Positions 1 to 10,096 of a stretch of DNA of 64,000 bases are shown piece after piece; the first letter of the stretch is position 1; each line of letters begins with the position of its first letter. Where the stretch lies: NCBI GenBank assembly GCA_963755715.1, contig CAVWLW010000006.1:1-64000 (forward strand), given 5' to 3'. The translations under genes and the position numbers were made by a program. The notes below the pieces were generated by a model. The model ran no database searches and had not been told where the DNA came from. It saw only the letters and a list, made by a program, of their open reading frames with translations. The DNA is from an uncultured delta proteobacterium (lineage in GTDB: Bacteria > Desulfobacterota > Binatia > UBA9968).

Positions 1-681
1 ATTATCGTGGATTCAAGCAATGCAGCACATCGTTTTCTCGGGCGGCGTTTCCGAGCATGTTTACAATCGGGATCCGAAAGCCTACGGCGATATTGGGCCG
101 GTGCTCGGTAAGAACATGCGCGAGTATCTCAAGAAGCTACCCAAGGACGTTTTGCGCGAACCCATCGAGGGTATCCGCGCTACGGTCATCGGCGCCGGCG
201 AATACACGATCCAAGCCAGCGGCAACACCAGCTACGTTTCCAACGAAAAAGCGCTGCCGATCCATGGTCTGAAGGTGATTCAAGCGCCGATTCGCGACGG
301 CGAATCCGTAAGCGAAGCGCTAAAGCAGGCGCTGCGTAAGTTCGATCTGCCCCATTTCACATCCGGCTTGGCTTTGTCTCTGACCGTGAGCGGTGTGCCG
401 GATCATCAGTCCGTCGGGCGAATTGCCGAAGGTGTGGCGCATATTCTAAAGACGCCGATGATCCAAAATGTCCACTCTATCTGACCTTGGACCTCGACAT
501 CGCCAAGTCGCTCGGCGGCATTCTCAAAGATGAGTGCCATGTGACGCGGGATATCATCGCTATCGACGGCATCGAAGTCGGCGACTTGGATTACATCGAT
601 ATCGGCGAATGCTTGGGCATCACCGAAGTCATTCCCGTCACCGTCAAGTCGCTGATGTTTCCGACCACCCATGCCGATTAG
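1..681 (+). CDS. EutA-like reactivating factor (ASKHA ATPase), 3' part; frameshift near 448
   Basis: FSGGVSE, IRATVIGAGEYTIQASGNT and the C-terminal IDGIEVGDLDYIDIG...IPVTVKSLMF are typical of EutA. One extra A in CTAAAGAC joins ORFs 20..484 and 487..681 (ILKDADDPKCPLYLTLDLD). Confidence 0.8.
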
Positions 682-710
682 TTGAGTTCCGATTCGTTCG
701 TTTACTGTTG

Positions 711-743
711 AAAGGCCTCGCTCCATGCGGGGCCTTTGTTTTT
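711..743 (+). terminator. Rho-independent terminator
   Basis: AAAGGCCTCGC-TCCAT-GCGGGGCCTTT stem followed by GTTTTT. Confidence 0.7.
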
Positions 744-872
744 CGAGGAGTTGGTGATCCTGATTTGCCATTGCCGCGCCGGGACCATCCTGCGGTCGAT
801 TTGTTTCGATTTTCAATGATGATATGAGTTGATGAAACAATTTATCTGGGAGGAACGCGTAATTTTAAGGCG

Positions 873-1997
873 ATGCCAACGGAACGAAAAATGTGGAGTA
901 AAACATTTACCCACGATGAGTGGATGGAAAGCCAGGGCATCCCGATTCATCGCGGTTATTACATCGAGGATTTGAGAACGTTGCAGCTCGGCTGGTGGGA
1001 CGCGCGCCAGTGCAATTCCGCTTTTATCCAGCTCGTCGGCCAGGAAGGCATTACCTCGGCTCGGGTGACGGAAATTCCACCGGGGAAAACTTTACCTCCG
1101 TTGAAATTCGCCCTCGACGAGATCGTCTATGTTGTCGAAGGCCGCGGGCTTACGACCATATGGGCCGGCGAAAAACGGCCGAAGAAAACCTTCGAGTGGC
1201 AGAAACACAGCATGTTCCTCGTGCCGCATAATTATACGCACCAGTTCGCCAATATGCAGGGGGACAAGCCGGTGCGTTTACTCCAGTACAACTACATGCC
1301 GCTGACATTGTCCGGCGTGCGCGACGCGAATCTTATTTTCGGGAATTCGTACGAGGGCTCCGACATCCAGAACGAGATGGATTTCTACTCTGAAGCCAAG
1401 ATGATCTCGCAAGACAGCCTGGATGAATCGTGGGGCCGGCGCGCCTATTGGTACGGCAACTTTTTTCCCGACATGCGCGCCTGGGACAAGCTCGACGCCA
1501 ACGTCCGGCGCGGCGCCGGCGGGCGGAGCGTTTACATCCAATTTGCCGACTCCGAAATGTCCTGCCACATGTCGGTTTTCGATGCGCGTTTATATAAAAA
1601 AGCGCACCGCCACGGCCCGGGTCGCGTGATCGTCATTCCCGCCGGCGAGGGTTACTCGATCATGTGGGAGGAAGGAAAAGACAAAGTCGTCGTGCCCTGG
1701 CACGAAGCGAGTTGCTTCACGCCGCCAAATAAATGGTTTCACCAGCACTTCAACGCCGGCGGCGAACCCGCGCGCTATCTGGCGCTCCACCCGCCGAGGC
1801 AGTTTCTCGGCCACGCCGAAAAAGTCGAAGACCGCGCCAAAGATCAGATCGAGTACGTCAACGAAGATAAATGGGTGCGCGAGAAATTCGAAAGCGAACT
1901 GGCGAAGCGAGGCTTGACTACGCTGATGCCGCCGCAGACATACACCGACCCCGACTTCGAGTGGAACTGGAAGCCGTTTTTGAAGAGCGCGAAATAA
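873..1997 (+). CDS. Bicupin protein (gentisate dioxygenase-like fold)
   Basis: Two cupin repeats. The C-terminal one has AHRHGPG...GEGYS...WFHQHFN (3-His site); the N-terminal one is degenerate. Confidence 0.75.
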   Translation: MPTERKMWSKTFTHDEWMESQGIPIHRGYYIEDLRTLQLGWWDARQCNSAFIQLVGQEGITSARVTEIPPGKTLPPLKFALDEIVYVVEGRGLTTIWAGEKRPKKTFEWQKHSMFLVPHNYTHQFANMQGDKPVRLLQYNYMPLTLSGVRDANLIFGNSYEGSDIQNEMDFYSEAKMISQDSLDESWGRRAYWYGNFFPDMRAWDKLDANVRRGAGGRSVYIQFADSEMSCHMSVFDARLYKKAHRHGPGRVIVIPAGEGYSIMWEEGKDKVVVPWHEASCFTPPNKWFHQHFNAGGEPARYLALHPPRQFLGHAEKVEDRAKDQIEYVNEDKWVREKFESELAKRGLTTLMPPQTYTDPDFEWNWKPFLKSAK

Positions 1998-2160
1998 TCG
2001 TACGAACCAAAACCGGCTGCCGTCGAGCCGGTCAGGAACTCCGGAAGTTGTAATCGCTTTGCGTCATCCGTCTCCCCCGGCCGTTGGGATCCTCGGGCTG
2101 GGACCGATGTTCCGGTCGATACGTTTGTTCGATGATCGAAGAAATCGCGATTACGACCGG

Positions 2161-2770
2161 CTAGTCGCTTATCCAGCGAAGACCGCGCGCCCTGAGGGTT
2201 CGATCGACCCTGGCGTGGTAGAGCTTCATGAGCCGAGCCGCCACGAGATCGCCTTCGATAATTCGCAGCGCGCATGCGATGGCTTGCAAGGTTGCCATCC
2301 TTTCCGGCCGGCTTTGAGCGCGCAGCTGAAAGGTTCCGCGGTTCGGCGTGCTGATCTTCACTCTCGGAATATTTCTTAGTTCGGGGTGGCGGGAATGAAT
2401 CTTTCGAGCCTGGCGCCAGGTGCCATCCGGCACGATCAGCTGGATCGGCCGCGAATCCCGGCAGACCAGTTCCCGATCGAGCTCCAGCGCATCGGCGCTC
2501 GGATAAAACAATAACGACCGATAATTCCGGCGACAATAGACCGCTCAGATCGAGCGCTTCCCGGCTTTCACCGCGAATGCGCACCTCGCTATTGACCAGA
2601 GATTGATGCGCGAGCAGACCGGTATTGCTGCTCCGCGAGAGCTCGCGGTGATGGATCACCAGCGAAATCTTCGTGCGCAGATCCAAGCGCGGCACCTCGG
2701 CGCACATGCACAGCGTAAGCGACGCGCCGCACACCGAGCAGCGCTGTTTTGCTTTTCCGATTCCAGCCAA
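2161..2770 (-). CDS. DTW-domain tRNA-uridine aminocarboxypropyltransferase (TapT/YfiP family); frameshift near 2520
   Basis: N-terminal CxxC...CxC and ELSRSSNTG in ORF 1844..2770; LFYPS and LIVPDGTWRQARK in ORF 2161..2511; start uncertain. Confidence 0.85.
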
Positions 2771-3066
2771 CTGTTACAATCCTTGATCGGTATATATCCT
2801 CCCAGACGCCACGATGCCATTCGGTCATGCTGCTACTGAGATCGTCTACACGTTTTCGTTCAGGTTCATCGTCTGTTCAGAAAAGTCTGTTCGACGGGAG
2901 CGAGTAGTCGTCGCGCGGCAAACTTGATCCAGGTGAAGCCGGAAGCTGTAGTTAGTAAGGAGCGGCCCGCAGAAAGATAGTCAAAGGGGTATAACACTTG
3001 GTTATAGCCCTAGCTTTTGAGTACGAGAATTCGGCTTGGTTGTAGTAGCTGTGATATATTAGCCGA

Positions 3067-6000
3067 GTGAAGCGACACGCCCTAAATAGCCCGATAGTAT
3101 CGCCGAGAGAATTTCTGAGAGAGCGTCGTCCGGAACGCTTCTCAGACTTATATTCAGGTTGTGAAGCCTCAGCTTGATCGTTCCCAGCTTGAGTATTTCC
3201 TCGCGACACTTACAAATAGGAGTCAAGAGAACGAATTTGAAGCCTTTGCACGCGGGGTCGCGGAACGCCTTATCTGTCCCAATTTGCTCCCACATACCGG
3301 ACCAACTGGCGGGGGTGATTCAAAGGTGGATTCGGAAAAGAACTGTTCCTGCAGCCGACACTCTGATGATCTCGGTTGGTACAGCGGAATCGGACGCGAG
3401 GCTGGACATGAGCGATGGGCATTTGCTTTTAGCGCCAAAAGGGAGTGGCGGTCAAAGGTTAAGACTGATGTAGCTAAGCTGGTTGGGACGGATCGTGGTT
3501 ATAAGAAGGCGTTTTTCGTTACAAATCAGTATGTTCGTGATCGGGATCGCGCTAGCATAGAAGATGAGCTCAGCCGAAAACACGGTATCGATGTTCGAAT
3601 ACTGGACCTTACATGGCTCCTCGACAAATTCTTCGATAATCAGCTCGAAGGACTTGCGATCGAAACACTCAAAATTTCGAATTCCCTTCGCCCCGAAATA
3701 CAAAGAGGTCCTTGCGATACAGAACGGGAGCTTCGTTTAGCCGAACTTGAGACTGCGATTCAGGAGCGCCTTCAGACGGGGCGTATCATTCCTGAGTTGA
3801 TAGCGGATGCTGTGGAAACAGCGAAAATCGCCCGTGAACTCGATCATTCTCGGACGGACGTAGACGGCCGTTTTTTTCGAGCTAAGGAATTAGCCGACAA
3901 ATTGGGCTCCCAACATGAAAGGCTGGACTGTGCGTACGCATGGGCATGGACGACATTTTGGTGGTACGAGGATTACAAACGTTATGCCGAACTGGTTAGT
4001 GAGGCATTTGAGATCGCTCGCGCCAGTGAGAACTCGTATCACCTTGAACTTCTCGCAAACCTTTGGACGTGTCTTCATACGGCGGTTCATCAATGCGGAC
4101 TCAATGTATCTGAAGCTGAATTCGATCTGCGGAGCGCTGATCTTCTAGATGCACTCGACGGGGTTGGTGCCAATGACGAGCGGCCGAGTAATGCGCTTTA
4201 TGCCCAAACGCTTGCGATCCAAACGCGACTACTACTCGAACCGGAGAACAGCGATGTGCTGCTGCGAAACCTTAAAAGCACGATTGAGCGCACTCAGCCA
4301 CTTATCGGCTACCCTTTCGATACTACGGCAGAGCTAGTCCGCGAAATGGCCCCGGCATTTGGCCATTCGATCTGCGTATGACAATCTTTTTGAGTCAGTG
4401 GTGGCTATTGCTGGAGAGCGTAAAGGCGATGTTACAGCAGCACGCATGCTTCTTGGTCGCGGCGTTCAACTACTCCAGAAGGATCAGCACCTAGACGCGC
4501 TTCGGTATATTGGGCGTGGATTGGGTCGCCTCTATAAGGAAGAAAGCCGCGATGACCTTATTCGTGCGCTGTACCTTGCCGGTTCCGCTTATGCAGAGAC
4601 CGGACTTCTCTGGGCAGCACGAGGCAGTTTTTTGAATGCTGCCTCAATCGCAACAAACGACTACCACAAGTACCGGAAACTTTCGCATCGTCAGGTCGGA
4701 TGCTATGAGCGGCTCAAATGGATCGAACTGCAATTGGGACGCTTGTCTCAGGCTTTAGAGTGGTACGAACTCGCTACTATGGGTGCAAAAGCCTTAGACA
4801 AAGAAGGGCAGGAATCCAGCGCCGATTTTTTTAACGCTATTGTGGGTATCTTGTTCCTGAAGGCAGATGTTGGGGCACTACGCAGCATAGAGCGCCTGCC
4901 GGACACGCTTGAAGAAATGGGTCTTTTTATGTCGAGGGCTGCTTTGCTTCACTCGCTTGGGCATGCTCACGAACTCCCTAATGAGCTTCTTGGGAGCCCG
5001 GAACAAGATCCCGAAGCATTCTTCATGAAGTGGCGCGATCAGCCGGCGAGCGGCGAAATTCGGGGGCTTTCGCTTGGCATAGGCGACACGACCACGCTCG
5101 AATCGGACATGTTGGGCTGCCATGTCACTGTTGTTCATGATAATAAGTCGCCCGCCATTGAGATGGCGGAGACTGTGCTCGCCGCGATGGAAAGTCTCGT
5201 CTCTACGTGTCTAAACGCGCGACTGTATACGCACAAGCCTCTTCTGCGCGCATTTGTGAAAGTATCAGAGTCCCCGGAAGCACCGTTTTCTTTTCGCTTC
5301 GCGGAAGAACTTGGACGACCGGTCTTTTACATCAGCTGCCGTCCGTTCAATCCACACTCGCTGACACTGGACGAACAAGCAGGGATCAAAGAGCGTCTGA
5401 TGAACCTTGTCATAGAAATGTTCGCTCGGATCATATTTATTCCAGCAGAGAATTGCGCATTAGAAGATCTAATTCGTGAAGATAGAGCGCTTCAGAGAGC
5501 GCTCTATTTTACCGGGAGCTTCGTCACAATAGGTAACATACTCGGAAACAGGCCTAAGACGTGTATACATCAGTGGGTTGACGTAGATACCAAATTGTAT
5601 GCACTTGCACGATCAGAGAAATGGGACGCCTCGCAACCTGGTGGGACGTCGGAGCAAGCAGCGGTTCAAGTCCCGGCTATGGACGCCCGCCCAGCGGATG
5701 ACAAAAGAAATGATCTACCAAAAGCAAAAAAGCACACTCAAGTACGTACTATGTCCTATATCAGAATACCGCTTTGGAACCGGGCCGGCTGGAGCGGTGT
5801 GTTTTTCATTACCGCGGCGGAAGACACAAGTGAGCCGCCTGTCATGGGACTGGTGTTCAAAAATGCCGCAGCAGCCGTAGATATTTTTACAGGATTGCAG
5901 GAGGACCTCGGCGAGGAAGATGTTCAAGATGGACTGCGAGTCAGCGTTATACGAGGGATTTCGGCAGAGAATTCCGCGTGGTATCGCGTCGTAATCGGAA

Positions 6001-6377
6001 CGGATTGGTCCGCACTAAAAGCTTCGACAAATGCACAACTAACGTACGCTATGATGGTGTCGCGAGTCCAAACAATGACTCCGAGTTCACCTGTCAACTT
6101 GGAGCGTTTCCTCGCCAAGTACGAAAGAGCCGGAGCCTACCACCTAGCCGCAGCACCTATAGACGAGCACGGCCGGCTCAAGGGTATCGGAACAATCCGT
6201 GTGAAAAAAAAGAAGCTTCACATTAGACAGGCTTGGGAAATCGGTCCTAACGACCCAGACGTGGCGGGAATTCGCGAAGACGACGAACCTCTAATACCCG
6301 CTGATAGGAAAAATATACCGGTGCTGCGACTGAAAGAACACATGGGAGCAATGCGCGCCCGGATGAACAAGCAGTAG
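3067..6377 (+). CDS. Large protein with an N-terminal restriction-endonuclease-like (PD-(D/E)xK/Mrr-type) domain and a helical TPR-like region; split by indels
   Basis: GTG 3067 frame gives SPREFLRERRPERFSD and shifts near 3150 into FEAFA...GGGDSKVDSE...WAFAFSAKREWRSKVKTDV. ORFs 3161..4381 and 4359..6377 overlap. Codon usage is more AT-rich than in neighbours. Confidence 0.65.
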
Positions 6378-6925
6378 CAACTAACAACCGCTTAGTATGC
6401 TCTTTTCTCGATTCGGTGCGAGAGTCGACACCGATTGGGGGGTATTTTTAGAATCGCTCGTTTGAGGTTCTTCGCCGGTAATCCGCCGGCGAGAATACGG
6501 CTATTCCGGCTTTTCCGGAAACAGCCCCGGCATCCACCGCCCTGCCAGTGTCGCTGGGAACGCGAGGCGTAGCGGCGCACGTGGGCTTTCAGACGTAAGC
6601 ACCCCTTTGTCGACGAGTGAAGAAACCACACGGCGCGCATGGCGCTCGCCGGTGCCGAGGATCTTGGCGGCGTCGCCGCGCGGCAGCTCAATGACGACGT
6701 GACCGCTGAAATGTCCGGTTCTATGTCCGGTTTAAAACTCTCCATACTGATTAAATATCATATAGTTAGGAATATTTACAAGAGAATTATACCGATGTTA
6801 AGACCGCTTTTCAGCCGCTTGCATATTGCGCGAACCATGGGATTTCACTGACCGGATTTCTTTGACAGCTCCTCGCGGTGTGTTATTCCACATTGAATCA
6901 AATTTCCTAAAGACAGGTTGCACCG

Positions 6926-7903
6926 ATGGCGAAACTCAAACTCACTCTCGCGTGCTGGGACTATGACCGCACCCGCCCGCTCATCGATGGCCGTGTCCAG
7001 GCCGAAGGCATCGATTTAGACATCAAGGTCTTGCGTCCGCGCGAGACCTTTCCGCGAATGCTGGAGGACAAAGAGTTCGAGGTTTCGGAGCTGTCGCTTG
7101 GCTCTTACGCGAGTTTGATAGGGCGCGGCGATTGCCCTTTTGTCGCGCTGCCGGTCGCGCTCTCCAAGATCTTTCGACACTCGTGTATTTACGTACGGAC
7201 CGATGCGGGGATCCGGACGCCGCAGGACCTCCGGGGCAAACGGGTGGGAACGACGCAGCTCGGTTCTACCGCCACCATCTTCATGAATGGCATGCTGCGA
7301 CACGAATACGGTGTGACCCTGGAGGATATTCACTGGTTCATCGGCGGAATGACAACGCCGACCCAGCGACCGTTGATTCCGTTGAAGCTGCCGGACAAGA
7401 TCAAGGTCGAGTTTCTGCCAGCGGACCGGACACTGGAGGGAATGCTGGAGAGCGGCGATCTTGATGCGTTGCTCGCGATCTTTATCCCGTCCATCTTTGA
7501 GAAGGGATCGTCTCGCATAGCTCGCCTGTTTCCGAACTACTATGAGGTAGAGCGAGACTATTATCGCCGCACCGGCATCTTCCCGATCATGCATACGGTG
7601 GTGCTCCGCGACGATATTTATCGCGAGCACCCGTGGGCGGCGCGGAACATTTATCGAGCCTTCTGCGAAGCTCGCGATCTGGCGGTCGACGGACTCTACG
7701 ACACGGACGCGCTGCGCCTTTCGCTTCCTTGGTTGATCCATCACGTCGAGGAGACCTGGCAAGTGTTGGGAAAAGATTTCTGGGCGTACGGGCTGGAGCC
7801 GAATCGGCCGGCGCTGAAGGCGATCGGCCAGTATGTTTACGAACAGGGTCTCTCGCCCCGTATCGTCAGTCCTGACGAGTTGTTCGCAGCGGACGTGGAG
7901 TGA
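6926..7903 (+). CDS. 4,5-dihydroxyphthalate decarboxylase-like protein (PBP fold)
   Basis: LTLACWDYDRTRPLIDGRV, EVSELSL, FRHSCIYV, TGIFPIMHTVV, FWAYGLEPNR. Confidence 0.8.
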   Translation: MAKLKLTLACWDYDRTRPLIDGRVQAEGIDLDIKVLRPRETFPRMLEDKEFEVSELSLGSYASLIGRGDCPFVALPVALSKIFRHSCIYVRTDAGIRTPQDLRGKRVGTTQLGSTATIFMNGMLRHEYGVTLEDIHWFIGGMTTPTQRPLIPLKLPDKIKVEFLPADRTLEGMLESGDLDALLAIFIPSIFEKGSSRIARLFPNYYEVERDYYRRTGIFPIMHTVVLRDDIYREHPWAARNIYRAFCEARDLAVDGLYDTDALRLSLPWLIHHVEETWQVLGKDFWAYGLEPNRPALKAIGQYVYEQGLSPRIVSPDELFAADVE

Positions 7904-7938
7904 TGAGTGGATGAACGGCACCCGCGGACGCCTGAATG

Positions 7939-7990
7939 TCTCCCGCAAAGCATGTCCTGAGCGAAGTCGAAGGAGCGCCAAGGCGCGAAG
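7939..7990. repeat. Small REP-like intergenic element (nested)
   Basis: TCCTGAGCGAAGTCGAAGGA (7955-7974) lies inside TCTCCCGCAAAG...GCGCCAAGGCGCGAAG; both resemble short palindromic intergenic repeats. Confidence 0.45.
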
Positions 7991-8092
7991 TGAACCAAAC
8001 CGTCCTTGCCACGACGCTGCGCCGTAGAATAGGATAAGACTCTGTTTCGGCCCAGGTGTTCGTGATTCGAGGAAATCTACGAGGGACGCGCG

Positions 8093-9400
8093 ATGTTCGA
8101 CCCTAAAAATCTGATCATAGACAATCCGGACGAAGGCGTATTTCGAGTCCATCGCTCCGCCATGACGTCGCTCGAAGTTCTTCGGATGGAGCAGGAGCGG
8201 ATCTTCAACAAATGCTGGCTGTATTTGTGCCACGAATCCGAAGTCGAGAACCCGGGCGACTACCGGCGCCGGAACGTAGCGGGGAGGCCGCTTTTCTTCA
8301 TCCGCGGCAGCGACGGCAAGCTGCGGGTTTTTCTGAACACATGCACACACAGAGGCGCGCTGATTTGCCGGCACGACCAAGGGCATGCCGACGTTTTGCA
8401 GTGCTTCTATCATGCCTGGAGCTTCAACAATCAGGGCGATCTCGTCGGCGTGCCGGACGAGGCCGGCTACCCTGACAGTTTCAATCGAGCGGCGATGGGC
8501 CTCAAGCCGCCGCCGCGGGTGGAAAGTTACCGCGGTTTTGTCTTTGTCAGCTTCAATCCCGATGTCGAAGAGCTCGTGACTTATCTCGCGGGCGCTCGGG
8601 AGTATCTGGACCTGATCGTCGATCAAGCCGAAAAAGGCATGCGGATCATCTCGGGTTCCAATCGATATTCGATCAAGGCCAACTGGAAGCTGCTGGTCGA
8701 GAACAGCTTGGACGGATACCACGTCAGGCCGACTCACAAGACCTACTTCGAATATGTAAACAGCCTGGGAATCAACACCAGCGGCGTGCAAACCGCATTC
8801 AGCCGGCCGGCCCTCGTCCTCGGCAACGGTCATGCGGTGGAGGAACACGACGGCATCAGGGGCCGGCCCATCGCTCGCTGGAGCCCGCTCTTCGGGGAAG
8901 AGAACAAGGAGGAGATCGCCGCGATCCGCGCAGGACTGGTGCGAAAGTTCGGCGAGCAAAAGGCTCGGCATATGGCCGATATCAGCCGCAACCTCCTGGT
9001 CTATCCTAATCTCCTCATCATCGATTCCATCGACATCACGGTAAGAATATTTTGGCCGATGACTCCTGACCTAATGGACGTGACCGCCTGGCAGCTCGCC
9101 CCTCGAGAAGAAAAGCCCGAGCTCCTCGCGCGCCGGCTGGACAATTTCCTCACTTTCCATGGGCCGGGAGGATTCGCGACACCCGACGACGTCGAAGCGA
9201 TCGAATCCTGTCAAGCGGGTTATAAGGCCGAGGGGGTCGAATGGTCCGAACTATCCAGAGGCATGCACCGGGAAGCTATCGCCGAGGACGAGCTTCAGCT
9301 CCGCGCGTTCTGGCGCCAGTGGTTCGGCCATATGTCAGGGATGGGGACGGTTGAAACAAACGATCCGGTGATCAGGCAGAGGGCGGCGCTCGCCCGCTAG
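8093..9400 (+). CDS. Rieske aromatic ring-hydroxylating dioxygenase, alpha subunit (p-cumate/benzoate type)
   Basis: Rieske CTHRG...CFYHAW; ANWKLLVEN, DGYHVRPTH, GPGGFATPDD. Confidence 0.92.
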   Translation: MFDPKNLIIDNPDEGVFRVHRSAMTSLEVLRMEQERIFNKCWLYLCHESEVENPGDYRRRNVAGRPLFFIRGSDGKLRVFLNTCTHRGALICRHDQGHADVLQCFYHAWSFNNQGDLVGVPDEAGYPDSFNRAAMGLKPPPRVESYRGFVFVSFNPDVEELVTYLAGAREYLDLIVDQAEKGMRIISGSNRYSIKANWKLLVENSLDGYHVRPTHKTYFEYVNSLGINTSGVQTAFSRPALVLGNGHAVEEHDGIRGRPIARWSPLFGEENKEEIAAIRAGLVRKFGEQKARHMADISRNLLVYPNLLIIDSIDITVRIFWPMTPDLMDVTAWQLAPREEKPELLARRLDNFLTFHGPGGFATPDDVEAIESCQAGYKAEGVEWSELSRGMHREAIAEDELQLRAFWRQWFGHMSGMGTVETNDPVIRQRAALAR

Positions 9401-9414
9401 CAACGAAAGCAATC

Positions 9415-9927
9415 ATGCCGGAAGCAAGCTCCACCGGAAACGATGGCAGCGCACCCACTTTGCGCGAGACGGTGGAGGAGTTTCTTTACCGGGAGGCGGC
9501 TCTACTGGACGCCTGGCGGCTGGATGAGTGGTTGGCACTTTTCACCGCCGACGGCAGATATCTGGTCCCGACCACGGATCTCCCGGAAGGAGATCCTCGC
9601 AAAGACCTGGTTTTTATCGACGACGACATGGTGCGGCTGCGCGCTCGCGTGGAAAGGCTGAAGAGCCGCCACGGTCACAGAGAATATCCTTCGTCGCGCA
9701 CCCGGCACTTCATTTCCAATATACGAATCAAAGTAGAAGACGGCGCCATCGTCGCGACTTCCTCGTTTATCGTCTATCGTTTCCGCATGGGAGAATCGAG
9801 TCCCTATATCGGTTGGTACGAGCACAGACTGAAACGGGTAGACGGAGAGCTGAAGATCCATCACCGGAAAGCCGTTCTCGATCTGGAAGCGCTGAGCGAG
9901 CACGGAGCCGTGAGTATTATCCTGTAG
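9415..9927 (+). CDS. Aromatic ring-hydroxylating dioxygenase, beta subunit
   Basis: VEEFLYREAALLDAWRLDEWLALF, RTRHFISN; directly follows the alpha subunit. Confidence 0.9.
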   Translation: MPEASSTGNDGSAPTLRETVEEFLYREAALLDAWRLDEWLALFTADGRYLVPTTDLPEGDPRKDLVFIDDDMVRLRARVERLKSRHGHREYPSSRTRHFISNIRIKVEDGAIVATSSFIVYRFRMGESSPYIGWYEHRLKRVDGELKIHHRKAVLDLEALSEHGAVSIIL

Positions 9928-10052
9928 CAGGCTGTTGAAAAAGGCCCACCTGCTTCGTTGCGCTCGATCGCCTCGCTCCAACTTATCGGTAAATACGCCT
10001 TCGCTCGTCGATTTCTCGCGCGCCTCGCATCTGGACCTTTTTGAACAGCCTG
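9928..10052. mobile_element. MITE-like element (~125 bp) with terminal inverted repeats
   Basis: CAGGCTGTTGAAAAAGGCCCA ... TGGACCTTTTTGAACAGCCTG (19/21 inverted match) between convergent genes; no coding capacity. Confidence 0.7.
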
Positions 10053-10096
10053 GATCAGAGTGTCAGGAGGATCGAAAGAATCACCGGCAGCAATCG

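Noticed and set aside
6378-6400. AACTAACAACCGCTT after the nuclease stop resembles the start of an integron attC; GTTAGTA at 2951 could be its partner
   Set aside because: No complementary L'/R' half, no integrase and no other cassettes
6790-6830. tRNA-Ser-like words on the minus strand
   Set aside because: No acceptor stem or T-arm; not called as a tRNA, mentioned only as a possible scar
7016-8971. 651-aa minus-strand ORF, and similar long antisense ORFs (11017..12303, 47638..48696)
   Set aside because: Shadows of well-supported genes on the opposite strand in GC-rich DNA; no motifs
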